DNA of 60,452 nucleotides, filler included, from Diploschistes diacapsis (Eukaryota), in assembly GCA_023645945.1 (NCBI GenBank). It is 6 parts of 6 records of this genome, joined end to end, with 100 filler letters (N's around TTAATTAATTAA, not from the genome) between each part and the next. Parts side by side here need not be neighbours in the genome. Positions count along the whole stretch, not along the records: positions 50,474 to 60,452 come from JALAIB010000978.1; 5 more parts are not named here. The stretch is one strand, 5' to 3'. A program made the position numbers and the translations under genes. Each line of letters starts with the position of its first letter. Positions within the stretch are counted from its first letter, which is position 1. Below the pieces are notes generated by a model, which searched no databases, was not told the DNA's origin, and saw nothing but the letters and a program-made list of their open reading frames with translations. Below, one piece after another: positions 50,636 through 60,452 of the stretch.

Positions 50636-52387
50636 TTACTCCAGCAGGTCTTCCAGCACCCCCTCGAGCTCCTCCCTTCCCAATTCAACCCCAAGCATTT
50701 CTCCGCCCCCACCAACCCCCCTCTCCCGCCTGACAATCACCATCCGATGGTCCACGAATTCCTTTAACAAGCTCCAGAACATCATTTCCGAGCTACACAA
50801 GAACTCTTCAACCGCCTTCTGATACAGCACCTTCGCGTCGATTCCTGGCAGACCTCCTGAGGCACCACCTTTCCTCCCTCTCTGCTCCCCCTGCCCTTCC
50901 CTTTTACCGTCTAGTAAATCTGGCTCCTCGTCCAACGGCCTCTCCGGCCCCCCGTGAAACGCAAACGCCTCGCCATCTGCATCCGCACTAGCTAGTATCT
51001 CCGAGATGAGCACCCGATACAAGCCTCTCGCGTTCTCGGGAAGCGACTTGAGCACCCACCTCACGCCTTCTCTGCCCGTGACTGCGCTCGACTTACGGCC
51101 TATCAACTCCAAAACGGTATCGACGACGGTGCCTAGTTCGCAGTCTGCGGCGCCGGTGTCATAGGGCAAGAAGGTCGTGGCGTCATGGAAAACGAAATTG
51201 AAGGTCGAACGCAGGGGTGCGGGAAAGATAAGAGAGAAGGAAGGGTTATCGAATGTTGCTAGGAGATGGATGGTGGAATGAGAGGCTAGCTGGGAGAGGA
51301 TGCTGAGGCTTTGAGGCGCTGTAAGGGGTTTTGTTTGGAGGGCAGAGAGGAGAAGGTAGATGGGTGATGATGGGGGCTTATGGTCGAGATGGGCAAGGAT
51401 CTGGGAGGAAAGTGCCGTTGGTTGCGTGGAAAGCTTGTGTGAGGGGGGGAGAACGGCGGTTGCGATGGTGTTTAGGAGGCTGCGAAGTGTAAGGGTTGGG
51501 TGTTGTCCGTTAACGATGATTATCTTTGGTGGCTGCTCGGAGGAGAGTGAATGGAGATGCGTGGCGAAGGAGGTGAGGATGCGTCGCTTGGAGCCATAGC
51601 CATACAGACAGACGGAGAACTGCTGGGATAGCTCGAATGCCCATAAGGGGAATGAAGATTGGTGATGTTCGTGGAGGTTCTCAATAGCTACGCCATGTGG
51701 ATCTTCATAGTTCGAGATAGATTCATGGTATGCCGAATGCGAGATAATATCCGTCGCTGATAGAGTGTTCGCAGACGATTTCGCCGCCGTCTGCCGGTTT
51801 TCAAAAAAATACCGCTCATGTGGAGGCAGGTTTGGCGGCGGAGTAGGTGTGCGTTTGCGCGTCGCTCCCTTTGGCCGTCCAGGGCCTCTTCTCGATGGAG
51901 TCTCAGCCACTGCCTCATCTCCAGGTTGCTCGTCTTCTCCTTCAGCAGAGCTTCCGTCTTCGCTTCCTTCATTCCATATCTCTTGAGCAAGGGCGTATTC
52001 ACCAAGATCTTCGTCACTCTCGTCCTCAGCGATAGTCCTCGCTAGTAATCTTCTCGTACTTTTCTTTCTTGCTGATTTGTCGGCATTGCGTGTCGTAGAG
52101 ATGCCCTTTCCGTTGGCGTTAGTTGGAGTTGAGAAACCAAGCGCATCCTTGGCCCTGACGCTTTTCGGCGTTGTATAGCTCTTCGTGGGCGTCTTGCATT
52201 GCAAAGTTGATGCTCCATTGTGGACTTTCTCCAATTTTTCTGCAAGTGTGGCTTTCACAGGTGTTGCTTTAGTAGGTGTGTTGCTTGTTGGCGTTGCCTT
52301 AGTGACGCGACGCGTGCGTTTCGACTGTGGTGTGGAAACTGCTTCGAGCTCAGGCTCTTCGAGTTCTTCAGCTCTTCTCTTTGGCAT
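50636..52387 (-). CDS. ORC2: Origin recognition complex subunit 2 (583 aa, intronless)
   Basis: NADKSARKKS, PPHERYF, FPLWAFELSQQFSVCLYGYGSKRRIL, IIIVNG, IHLLATFDN, FNFVFHDATTFLPY, VLKSLPENARGLY, LLKEFVDH. Confidence 0.93.
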   Translation of the reverse strand: MPKRRAEELEEPELEAVSTPQSKRTRRVTKATPTSNTPTKATPVKATLAEKLEKVHNGASTLQCKTPTKSYTTPKSVRAKDALGFSTPTNANGKGISTTRNADKSARKKSTRRLLARTIAEDESDEDLGEYALAQEIWNEGSEDGSSAEGEDEQPGDEAVAETPSRRGPGRPKGATRKRTPTPPPNLPPHERYFFENRQTAAKSSANTLSATDIISHSAYHESISNYEDPHGVAIENLHEHHQSSFPLWAFELSQQFSVCLYGYGSKRRILTSFATHLHSLSSEQPPKIIIVNGQHPTLTLRSLLNTIATAVLPPSHKLSTQPTALSSQILAHLDHKPPSSPIYLLLSALQTKPLTAPQSLSILSQLASHSTIHLLATFDNPSFSLIFPAPLRSTFNFVFHDATTFLPYDTGAADCELGTVVDTVLELIGRKSSAVTGREGVRWVLKSLPENARGLYRVLISEILASADADGEAFAFHGGPERPLDEEPDLLDGKREGQGEQRGRKGGASGGLPGIDAKVLYQKAVEEFLCSSEMMFWSLLKEFVDHRMVIVRRERGVGGGGEMLGVELGREELEGVLEDLLE

Positions 52388-52460
52388 GGTCTCTGTATAC
52401 TCGTCCTCACGATCGAAATTTGATAACTAGAGAAAGCCCGATGGGCGCGGACACCCATAG

Positions 52461-52548
52461 ACGCGCCGCATACGCGTAGAGGAGCGCTTGGCACTCATCG
52501 TTCGAGGCGGCGTTCCGCTCTCCCATTCCGCAGCACTTATAGACGCGT
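52461..52548. promoter_or_regulatory. MCB elements upstream of ORC2
   Basis: ACGCGT at 52472-52477 and 52543-52548, plus ACGCGC at 52461, all within about 160 bp of the ORC2 ATG. Confidence 0.6.
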
Positions 52549-52771
52549 GCTTTTACTCCACAATGCAATTATAGCTGAGCGACATATGCAGCGGATGTCA
52601 ATATTTCATCTTGTAGGATATGTATACTGGACCAGGAGCATCAAGGATGGGTTACACGAATGTACGTACCATTCGTTTCAATCTATGAGGGTAGGAGACA
52701 ATATGCCGGAACAGAGCCGAGCCCCTATTAATCTTACAGCAAACGATGATCATACTCACAGAGCAGCAAGT

Positions 52772-54379
52772 CTACAAGGAGCCACCAACAGCGCTAACAA
52801 TCCACATGGCAACCCTCACATGCCAGCCGACTCGCCTCTCTCCACCTTGGAGATCTTTTTCCGTTACTGCTTTCGAGTACCGGAGCAGATTCTCCTCTTC
52901 CGCTTTGAGTCGTGCCTTTAGCCCCTTATCCGTTGTCACTATTACCGCGCCCACTTCGGTGTCAAGTGCATAGCTTCGAGAAGTGTAGTTCGAAGAGCCG
53001 ATGACTGTCACGGAAGGTCCGTCGCATGCTTCTAGCTTCTCGGCTGGCGATCCAGAACCTGGCGAAGGATCTGGAGCCTCTGGCGAGCCGTATGTGATCC
53101 AGAGGCCCTTTGCGTGATATGTCCATCCGTGCGGCCTTCCGACCGTTCCAAGACGCCATTCGCGAAGCTCGACGGCACTGTCCGCTTGGTTTCGCACCTG
53201 TTTTAGGAAACGTCGCGATAGGAGTGTGTAAGCAGGCGGCAGCATCCCAGAGACACCCTTCGAGCCGTAGAACCCATTCGCCCAGGGGCTCGCTGTAAGG
53301 ACCGTTCCCACGCTCGCATCTCTGCCGGACGCAGCTCCGAGAAGAGCAGCGGTGATGGACGGGTGCGGATTGAAATAGCCGGCTGTGAAGAGGTAACTTG
53401 AAGAAGGCGGCAATGGAGCTTTCAGCAGGGTCTGGATTACTGGAAGCTCATTGTTCAGGGCGTTCGGTATGATGAGCAAAGGGTAGACCGAAGTGCCGGT
53501 GGCAGGTTTGGGCTGTCGCTTGGTCGCGACAAAGTCCTTGAAGATGGACCTACTTACATCGTTATATTCCTGGGGGTGTAGCAAAGGCGAACGAGATGCA
53601 TTTGATGAAGGCCACTCCAAATTTAGGGAACCCGCCTTTGATGATGGTGAAAGAAGGAAGCTTACGCTGCACATGCTACGGTGAATACGTGCAAAATAAT
53701 CAGCAACCTCACTGGACCAAAACACATGATATCGATCCTGCCGATTCGTGAAATAATCGTTTGAAAGATTAGCGCCAGAAAGTATAACCTCGTCATCGAC
53801 ACCGTAAAGCTTCATGTGCTGGAGTCCCCATCCCTCGTTGAGTCTCTTTGGCACGACGCTCTTGCGGAATCCGGTAAGATTGGGCGTGTGGTACAATCTT
53901 ACTTCCACCTGCTGTGGGAACTCAGCTGCAAGAGCTGACAGCAAGGATGCGCATGACGGGTTGGGATCTTCTCGGGTTCCTCGGAGAGCATCGGTAAGTA
54001 TAGAAACTTGTAGCTCTTCTCTATCTCGCAAGGCATGGCGTATACAATCGATGAGCTCAACCTCATCTCTCCCAACGTAGAGAGTTGCCAAATATATTCT
54101 TTTCTTTGCCTGCCGCAGCTTCGTTTTCAGGGTATCGTAGAACTCCTTGGGCCCTTCCAGCACCTGTATCTGTTCTGCTTGCACGTCGATTCGAGGTGCC
54201 AGCAGATCTAACTGTGAAGTGACTCCAGCGACCACCAAGTCACCCGAGCTCCACTGAGACGCGCTTTGAGCAGCTTTGGCGCTCGAGGAAGAGAATTGCC
54301 GATGTCGAATATGCCACTGATTTGAGTGTTTTATGAACGGACGACGAAGGGCATAAGAGGTCACACGCTTTGCAAGCAT
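52772..54379 (-). CDS. PGS1: CDP-diacylglycerol--glycerol-3-phosphate 3-phosphatidyltransferase, mitochondrial (535 aa)
   Basis: Basic presequence, ILTDALRGTR, YHTPNLTG, NEGWGLQHMKLYGVDDEVILSGANLSNDYFTNRQDRY, TAGYFN, ASPWANGFYGSKG, WTYHAKGLW, GSSNYTSRS. Confidence 0.96.
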   Translation of the reverse strand: MLAKRVTSYALRRPFIKHSNQWHIRHRQFSSSSAKAAQSASQWSSGDLVVAGVTSQLDLLAPRIDVQAEQIQVLEGPKEFYDTLKTKLRQAKKRIYLATLYVGRDEVELIDCIRHALRDREELQVSILTDALRGTREDPNPSCASLLSALAAEFPQQVEVRLYHTPNLTGFRKSVVPKRLNEGWGLQHMKLYGVDDEVILSGANLSNDYFTNRQDRYHVFWSSEVADYFARIHRSMCSVSFLLSPSSKAGSLNLEWPSSNASRSPLLHPQEYNDVSRSIFKDFVATKRQPKPATGTSVYPLLIIPNALNNELPVIQTLLKAPLPPSSSYLFTAGYFNPHPSITAALLGAASGRDASVGTVLTASPWANGFYGSKGVSGMLPPAYTLLSRRFLKQVRNQADSAVELREWRLGTVGRPHGWTYHAKGLWITYGSPEAPDPSPGSGSPAEKLEACDGPSVTVIGSSNYTSRSYALDTEVGAVIVTTDKGLKARLKAEEENLLRYSKAVTEKDLQGGERRVGWHVRVAMWIVSAVGGSL

Positions 54380-54622
54380 CGCAGCCCCAAAGACTCGAAA
54401 AACATACTAATATTCCATAGCTTGTGAAGTGACTGAACAAGAAATTATTGTCGCCCTTAAAGAAAGATCCCCTCAGCTACCCCTGTTGATGTGCGCTAAC
54501 AGATCAGCCGCCTCGGCGTCCCGCCCGCTGCATCATGTGTGGATTCCTGGTGTAATTCCGAGCTCGACGTCTTGCACCGCCAGCTTCCACTGTGCGCGTT
54601 CACCCACTCAGCAACAACGATT

Positions 54623-55270
54623 ATGTCGACCATTCTCAGGACACTACGGAACCTGCGCCGAGTAGGACTGAAAGATTACTGGCATCAATTGAACTACATC
54701 GGCGATACGAAAGCGGGGACCTTCATAGCGAAGGACCGGTACGGCAACAGGTTTTATGAGAACTTGGAGGAAGAGCTCCCGTGTAGGCAGCGAAACTACC
54801 AGTCTACAAGAACGACAACTTACATGTATATTAGTGCGCACGCGATGGGTCGTTTACAAAGACCAGGAGTACAGTCCGTACGTTAAGCCTAGCTCTCCCA
54901 TTGAAGCATCGATCCCATTATTCCCACTTCTACGAAGCCCACAAAGGCTAATTTACTGCTCTCGGGAGTATAGCGATCAGATAGAGCCAGGCTGGCATGC
55001 CTGGATGTCCTACCTCATCGACAAACCTCCGTCCGAGGACGCCCTTCTACGTACGGGACAGCGCACATGGGAGCTCACCGAACATAGACCGAATGTGACA
55101 CTAAGCCGAGCCGCATACAAGCCATACTCAACGTAAGCATGATATCTGCGGGCATTGAAGCTGCCTCTCGAGCCCAAGCCCGATAGAAAATATTAGTGCT
55201 GATGCAGCGAAATAGGGTCAAGCCGAAGTCGCCAGCTGCTTGGATTCCACAGGCTGCCGCGCGGCAATAA
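54623..55270 (+). CDS. NDUFA12: NADH:ubiquinone oxidoreductase subunit B17.2/NDUFA12 (N7BM), 4 exons
   Basis: MSTILRTLRNLRRVGLKDYWHQLNYIGDTKAG..DRYGNRFYEN..ELP|LRTRWV..|QIEPGWHAWMSY..AYKPYST|VKPK..W..; stop TAA 55268-55270. Confidence 0.93.
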
Positions 55271-55781
55271 AAAGAGAGCTACCTTCCTTGAGTGATCCAC
55301 ATAATGGAAGATCTATGGAGGCTGGCCGTCTGTACATACTGAAAGGCATAGGGATGGCGTTAGTGGGGGCTTGATAGTGTAACTTATTAAGTAGCACCTC
55401 GATCAAGAGCGATAGTTTGGCCGGTCAGCTTGGAAGTATTGGCTTAGTGAAGTAAATCTACTTTTACAATATGTAGCTGAGTCCAGACGATGGTATTGCA
55501 GCCGCAATTCACTGTAGATTACTGTGCATCATGGCTTGTTAACCTTGTCCTGATCGAGCGTGCTTCCAGATCTCCCTGTAACTACATACCACGTAGCCGC
55601 ACATATCGTGAGAACATTCGGGCTCCATACTATCATCGTTTCCAGCTGTTGTCTCCTTACACGGCGTTACTTTTCGACGTCCCGATAGCAGACAGCAGAA
55701 TCTCTTGTCCCTTGTTGTCGGTAAACCATGCACTCAGAATACGCACAGTATCGGAACCATTGAGCCCCTCCACCCGCTTCA

Positions 55782-56209
55782 ATGCGCTCACGCACCTTCC
55801 TGAAAAGCGACCAAGAAGCCAACGAGGCCGCCAGCCACGCCATCCGCGGAGCCGCCGTTGGAGCATGCCGCGTGAGTCTCGAGGTCTACTATATACGCAC
55901 TCTCTCCTCTCCTTCACTCTTCCGCTTTCGTCCTATGGAATGCCTTCTTATCTACGCTTGCTGCATGCTGTCCTTCAACATCATGGATTTCACTTAAACG
56001 GACGTTGACTTTCTACGCAGTACGCCATTCCCCTCCTCTCGCTCTCTCTGGTGGGGCAGGCGCTCTCACCCATCTACAGGGGCTTGACGATCCAATTCAA
56101 GGTGTTTTTGATAATGAGCGGCATGGTGATCGGCGGGGCTATGGAGGGTGATCGCCGTTTAAGGGAGTACGAGGCGTGGCGGAGGAGGATTAGGAGGGGG
56201 GGAGGCTAG
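55782..56209 (+). CDS. Small two-helix membrane protein, tentatively Rcf2-N-terminus/Rcf3-like (mitochondrial), 2 exons
   Basis: MRSRTFLKSDQEANEAASHAIRGAAVGACR|YAIPLLSLSLVGQALSPIYRGLTIQFKVFLIMSGMVIGGAMEGDRRLREYEAWRRRIRRGGG*. Intron 55872-56020 (GTGAGT..CAG). Confidence 0.75.
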
Positions 56210-56981
56210 GGAGGCTAGGATGGTCGGGGTATGGCGGGCTGTATACGGCGAGAATGAGGCTGGAACGACTGTATGGGTTGGGACGGGGAGGCTAATTATT
56301 CGGAAGGGCAACGGAAGGGTGGAGTTGGGCTAAGGCGACGAAGAGCATGGCGAAGCGATGCTGAGTTGTGTGAGAGAACGGGGATAAGGATGGCATGCAA
56401 TCATCTACCTCCTAAACCTCTCTATAGATTTCTTTCCAGTGCTCTATTCACACTGGTATTGGTTTTGATAAGAAAACTTCGAGGCTACTAAGCCGACGCC
56501 ATCCGCTGGACAGACCAATGACCAATCAGACTGTGTGATATTAGTCAGCCATTCTCGGTGGAAGCGTGAGGTCTTTCTAAAGAACCTGGGTGTTTTTTTA
56601 CTGCTATCTATCTTTGCTTCTCTTTCTCTACGCCGATTCCCCCAGTCTCAATGTGCAGATCTAACAGTTACTTTCTTATGTTTGGTTTCATCTGTCTTGA
56701 CTGGACTCAACTAAGACAGAACTGCCTGTCATATGTTTTCTTCACTCTTAACTGTAACCCAAAATGCATGACGCGCCTGCACTGTCCAGTGCTGTGTGTC
56801 TAACCCAACAACTGCCAAACATGTATATCTACTGGTGATGATATAATGCCGTCACTGGCACCTTTCGCAGCTTGTACTCGCTCAATCTACCTGCTCATCC
56901 ACTCCTTCGAACATTCCATTCTCATTCCCATTTCCATTTCCATTCCAGCTTTCCTCCAATTCACTTCTCCGCTCACTTGAC

Positions 56982-58781
56982 ATGTTCAGACTGTCTTGCA
57001 CCCTCTCTCGCCGAACTGCCATTACTTCTCTCACACACCTGACCAAAGCCCCAAAATTATCTCACCTGAGCAGCAGAATATCCTCTCAGACCTGTACTCG
57101 TGTCTTCCAGAACCTCACGCTCAAAGCAACAATGGCCACCATGGCTAAGCCTGAGCACTACATGTCCACCTCCGGTGAGAGGGATGCCGTTTGGGTCCAT
57201 CAGGAACCCTACTCTAATCGGCCTCACTTCACCAAGCTGGACCGCAGTATTGAGACGGACGTTTGCATTGTCGGCGCCGGCATAGCGGGTATCTCCACAG
57301 CTTACGAGCTTGTTAGCCGCGGCGTTGAGGTCACCATGATTGAAGCCCGTGAGGTGGTTTCTGGAGAGTCGGGCCGCACAAGCGGCCACCTGAACAGTGC
57401 CCTGGACGACGGATATACACAGATTGAGAAAAAGCACGGCAGGGAAGGCGCCAAGATTGCGGCCGAAAGTAGTGGCTGGGCGGTCAAGCGCGTTGGTGAA
57501 ATTGCAGAGATGCTCGGCATCGACTGTGAGTATCGTCGCTTACCAGGCTATGAGATTTCACAGTACCCCAGAGGCAACGCAGGATGGGCAGAGGAGAATG
57601 CGGAACTGAAGGAGGAGGCGTTGCTCGCCAAGGAACTGGGCATCGAGGTCGAGTATAGAGAGGACTTGACCATCAAAGGCTGGGATGGTAAGGTCGACCA
57701 GCGCGGTGGCGCCGTATTCATCAATCAAGCGACCTTTCACCCCACCAAGTATCTTGTCGGCATTCTCCGCTGGCTCAAAGAGCAGCCAAACTTCAGATGC
57801 TACACCTATACGCGTATGATGTCAATCACGGAAAAAGGCATCGAGTTAGCGGGAATGGGTCGCAAAACTGTCGAGGTCAGCACGATCGACGGCCATACCA
57901 TCTCCGCCAACCATGCAGTCGAAGCGACTGTTGTGCCGCTCCAGAAGCTTAGCGTCGTTGCCGAAATGGAGTACCATCGCACTTACTGCATTGCCATACG
58001 GGTTCCCAAAAACTACATTGAAGACTGCACGATCTACGACCAGGCCGACGCCTACAAATACGTGCGTTTCACGGCGTGTGACGACAAGGACGACTATCTT
58101 GTTATTGGTGGGTGCGATCACAAGGTCGGGCAGGAAGAGCCGGCTGGACGGTTCGAGGAGCTGGAGCAATGGGTACGCGAGCGCTTTACCCGCGCCGGCA
58201 CCGTCGACTATGCCTGGAGCGGTCAGATATACGATCCCGTCGACCACGTGGCGTTCATCGGCCTTAACCCGCAGATGAAGCACACATATATCGTGACTGG
58301 CGATAGCGGCGACGGACTCACCCACGGCGTGCTTGCAGGGAGGCTCCTAACCGAGGAGATACAGAGCGGATCGAGCCCCTGGAGCAAACTCTACAGTCCG
58401 AAGCGGGTGACCAGCATCGTCAAGTCGGCGTCCTCGATGCTATCGCACGATCTGCAGATCAATGCGCAGTACAAGCGCTTCCTCCAGTCCGACATTGAGG
58501 ATCTCGGCGACCTGTCTCGCGGCAGCGGCGGCGTGCTGAATCCGAAGACAGGAAAGCCGATTGCCATCTACAAGGACGACGACGGCACGGTGCACAAGTT
58601 CAGCGCGCTATGTCCGCATATGAAGGGCGTTGTATGCTGGAACCCGTTGGAGAGGTCGTGGGATTGTCCAGTACACGGAAGTCGGTTCAGCAAGGACGGG
58701 CATTGTATCAACGGGCCGGCGAAGATGGGCTTGGAGCCGGAGAACGAGGCTGGAGAGGAAAAGCAGAAATCTGCTATCTGA
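56982..58781 (+). CDS. FAD-dependent oxidoreductase (DAO family) with C-terminal Rieske [2Fe-2S] domain, YhfW-like
   Basis: DVCIVGAGIAG, SGESGRTSGHL, QATFHPTKY, WSGQ, TGDSGDGLTHG, Rieske ligands CPHMKG...WDCPVHGSRF; intronless 599-aa ORF. Confidence 0.92.
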   Translation: MFRLSCTLSRRTAITSLTHLTKAPKLSHLSSRISSQTCTRVFQNLTLKATMATMAKPEHYMSTSGERDAVWVHQEPYSNRPHFTKLDRSIETDVCIVGAGIAGISTAYELVSRGVEVTMIEAREVVSGESGRTSGHLNSALDDGYTQIEKKHGREGAKIAAESSGWAVKRVGEIAEMLGIDCEYRRLPGYEISQYPRGNAGWAEENAELKEEALLAKELGIEVEYREDLTIKGWDGKVDQRGGAVFINQATFHPTKYLVGILRWLKEQPNFRCYTYTRMMSITEKGIELAGMGRKTVEVSTIDGHTISANHAVEATVVPLQKLSVVAEMEYHRTYCIAIRVPKNYIEDCTIYDQADAYKYVRFTACDDKDDYLVIGGCDHKVGQEEPAGRFEELEQWVRERFTRAGTVDYAWSGQIYDPVDHVAFIGLNPQMKHTYIVTGDSGDGLTHGVLAGRLLTEEIQSGSSPWSKLYSPKRVTSIVKSASSMLSHDLQINAQYKRFLQSDIEDLGDLSRGSGGVLNPKTGKPIAIYKDDDGTVHKFSALCPHMKGVVCWNPLERSWDCPVHGSRFSKDGHCINGPAKMGLEPENEAGEEKQKSAI

Positions 58782-60452
58782 GAGGACGGAAAGATGATGA
58801 CCGTGGCTCGCATTTGCTTTCCACGTGTTGAGGGTCAAGGAGGTGGCATGGCCAAGAGCTTACTCATGTACCTGGTAATCGGAGCACGATATCTTGTAAT
58901 CATGTGCCGCTATTATTGCTATGTGATTTGGTGTTGTCTTGCATGTAGTCCCATTGACACTGAAAATGCTACATCTAGTCATTGTTGCACAGCCTTTTTT
59001 TTCCAATTACTATGCTGTTTGCACAGTGTTTGTACCGTGTCTCCCGTGATGGGCGTATGACAACAAGTTTCCTGCAGTCCTAGGCTCATATATCTATCAA
59101 GATCAGTTCTCACCAATCTATGCTTCGGTAGACGTGGGGAAGTCCAGTAGTCCAACGACAACCCTAGCGGTAGGGCCATAGGGCTCAACCGGGCGCTTTC
59201 ATTGTGCTGGATTTTTCATGCCCACCTGGGTCTGATTCCCATCCAAAACCTCACCCGAACAGATGAACTTTTGAGCCCTATTTAGTACGCAGGAGCTTTA
59301 TACACCTGTAATCCGAGTGTGGTACCAACTAGTACCGACCGGCAAGTACTGGCTAGTTAGTGCAATCGCTGGGAGCGGGCAATATCACTGTCGACGGCGC
59401 AAAAGCAAAAGCGAGACCAAGCTATCTGGTCTGGGAAGTATCGTTTTCTTTTACACAGAAAGATTTGGCTAAAGCCCTTTGGCGATTTCCAGGTCACGGC
59501 TATTTTGACTATTGACTTGGCGCTGAGTTGCATAATATTACCGGAAAGAAAATAACACCGCACAGCAAAAAACCTTTCGATTTTCCAAGTATTTTGAATG
59601 CGTATTTCCCGAATAACCGCTGCCCCGAATGCGGGCCCCGTCGGGAGAATTCCTAATACTTACATAGACTACAATGATCGGTATTTTTACAACTACGTGC
59701 TGTATACCAGCGATAGCTTTCATTCCCTCAATTACGCAGACGATCTATCCGCGCGCCCACGAATGACATCTTAGCCAAGGTCTCTCCCCCCCCCCCCCTC
59801 CCCGCTTGCCTGGCGGGCTACTCAACGTGATAGAGCTTGGAACCAAGCCACAGCGAGGCTTCCACAATACCGAACGAAGCCAATATGATCCCGTACCGAA
59901 TTCTCATCACTGGCTCAGCTCCACTGTCACATATTGACTAGTTGCAGCCTCAGCCAACTGACTGGACCCCTCGGAAGCTGCAAGCCATGAATCTGCCATC
60001 AACGTTCCAGACCTTGGACACGTCCAAGGGCACCTTCAAGGACAACGACACGGCGGCACCGCAAGTTACCTTGGCCATGCCCACACGCCTGGAGCGGCGG
60101 TCCCGACCACAGCGTGCTGTGTGGCTGGCATCCAGGGCCTTGAAGTCACGGATCGTGCAGGGAAATGATGGAATGTGGTGCCGCAGTTGGGTGGGAAGGG
60201 GGCTTGGTGCATGTCGGGGGGCGGCTTGCGACAGCTTTGGAAAAATCCCAAATGCGGTGGAATCGAGACGCTGCTGCTGGCGGGCACGTGGTGGGTTGGA
60301 GCGCACCTGGGAATACGAAGCGGGTGGTGACGCCGCCGACGCTGCAGAGGGGCCACGGTGTGGGACTTTATTGAAACATGATGGGGAGCAGGGCGTTGGA
60401 AATGAGCACGCCGGGGCCGGGGAGGGAAACCGAGCTCTGAGGTGTCGGGAGG

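Noticed and set aside
59987..60452. Plus-strand frame open from ATG 59987 to the window end
   Set aside because: GC-rich sequence that is open on both strands, with no recognisable domain. It cannot be told from chance.

Overview
Eukaryotic DNA from a filamentous ascomycete (Pezizomycotina; short GT-AG introns with CTRAC-type branch points and RIP-like decayed repeats; Eurotiomycetes-like by inference). The window is not one locus. It is six separate contigs (10005, 10000, 9993, 9988, 9987 and 9979 bp, in descending length) joined by 100-bp N44-TTAATTAATTAA-N44 spacers. Intact genes: TAF14, phosducin-like PhLP1, RNR2, GLT1, a Myb transcription factor, MAP2, a secreted LIP-family lipase, ORC2, PGS1, NDUFA12, a small Rcf2-N/Rcf3-like membrane protein and a YhfW-like FAD/Rieske oxidoreductase. 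Tubulin cofactor B is cut off by a contig end. Five accessory genes are pseudogenised: tannase/feruloyl esterase, a P450, a SAM methyltransferase, a small membrane protein and a SesA-like/G-alpha-like fusion. Several contig ends carry decayed transposons (a pogo/Fot1-type TIR seen twice, a possible CACTA-like end with 9-bp subterminal repeats, and an LTR plus PBS). The best leads are a run of four hairpins at 547-763, a candidate CUG start in the Myb gene, the SesA-like/G-alpha-like fusion, the CACTA-like fossil with an unrecognised ORF, and the possibly dual-targeted YhfW-like enzyme within a run of mitochondrial genes. No new system can be demonstrated from sequence alone.
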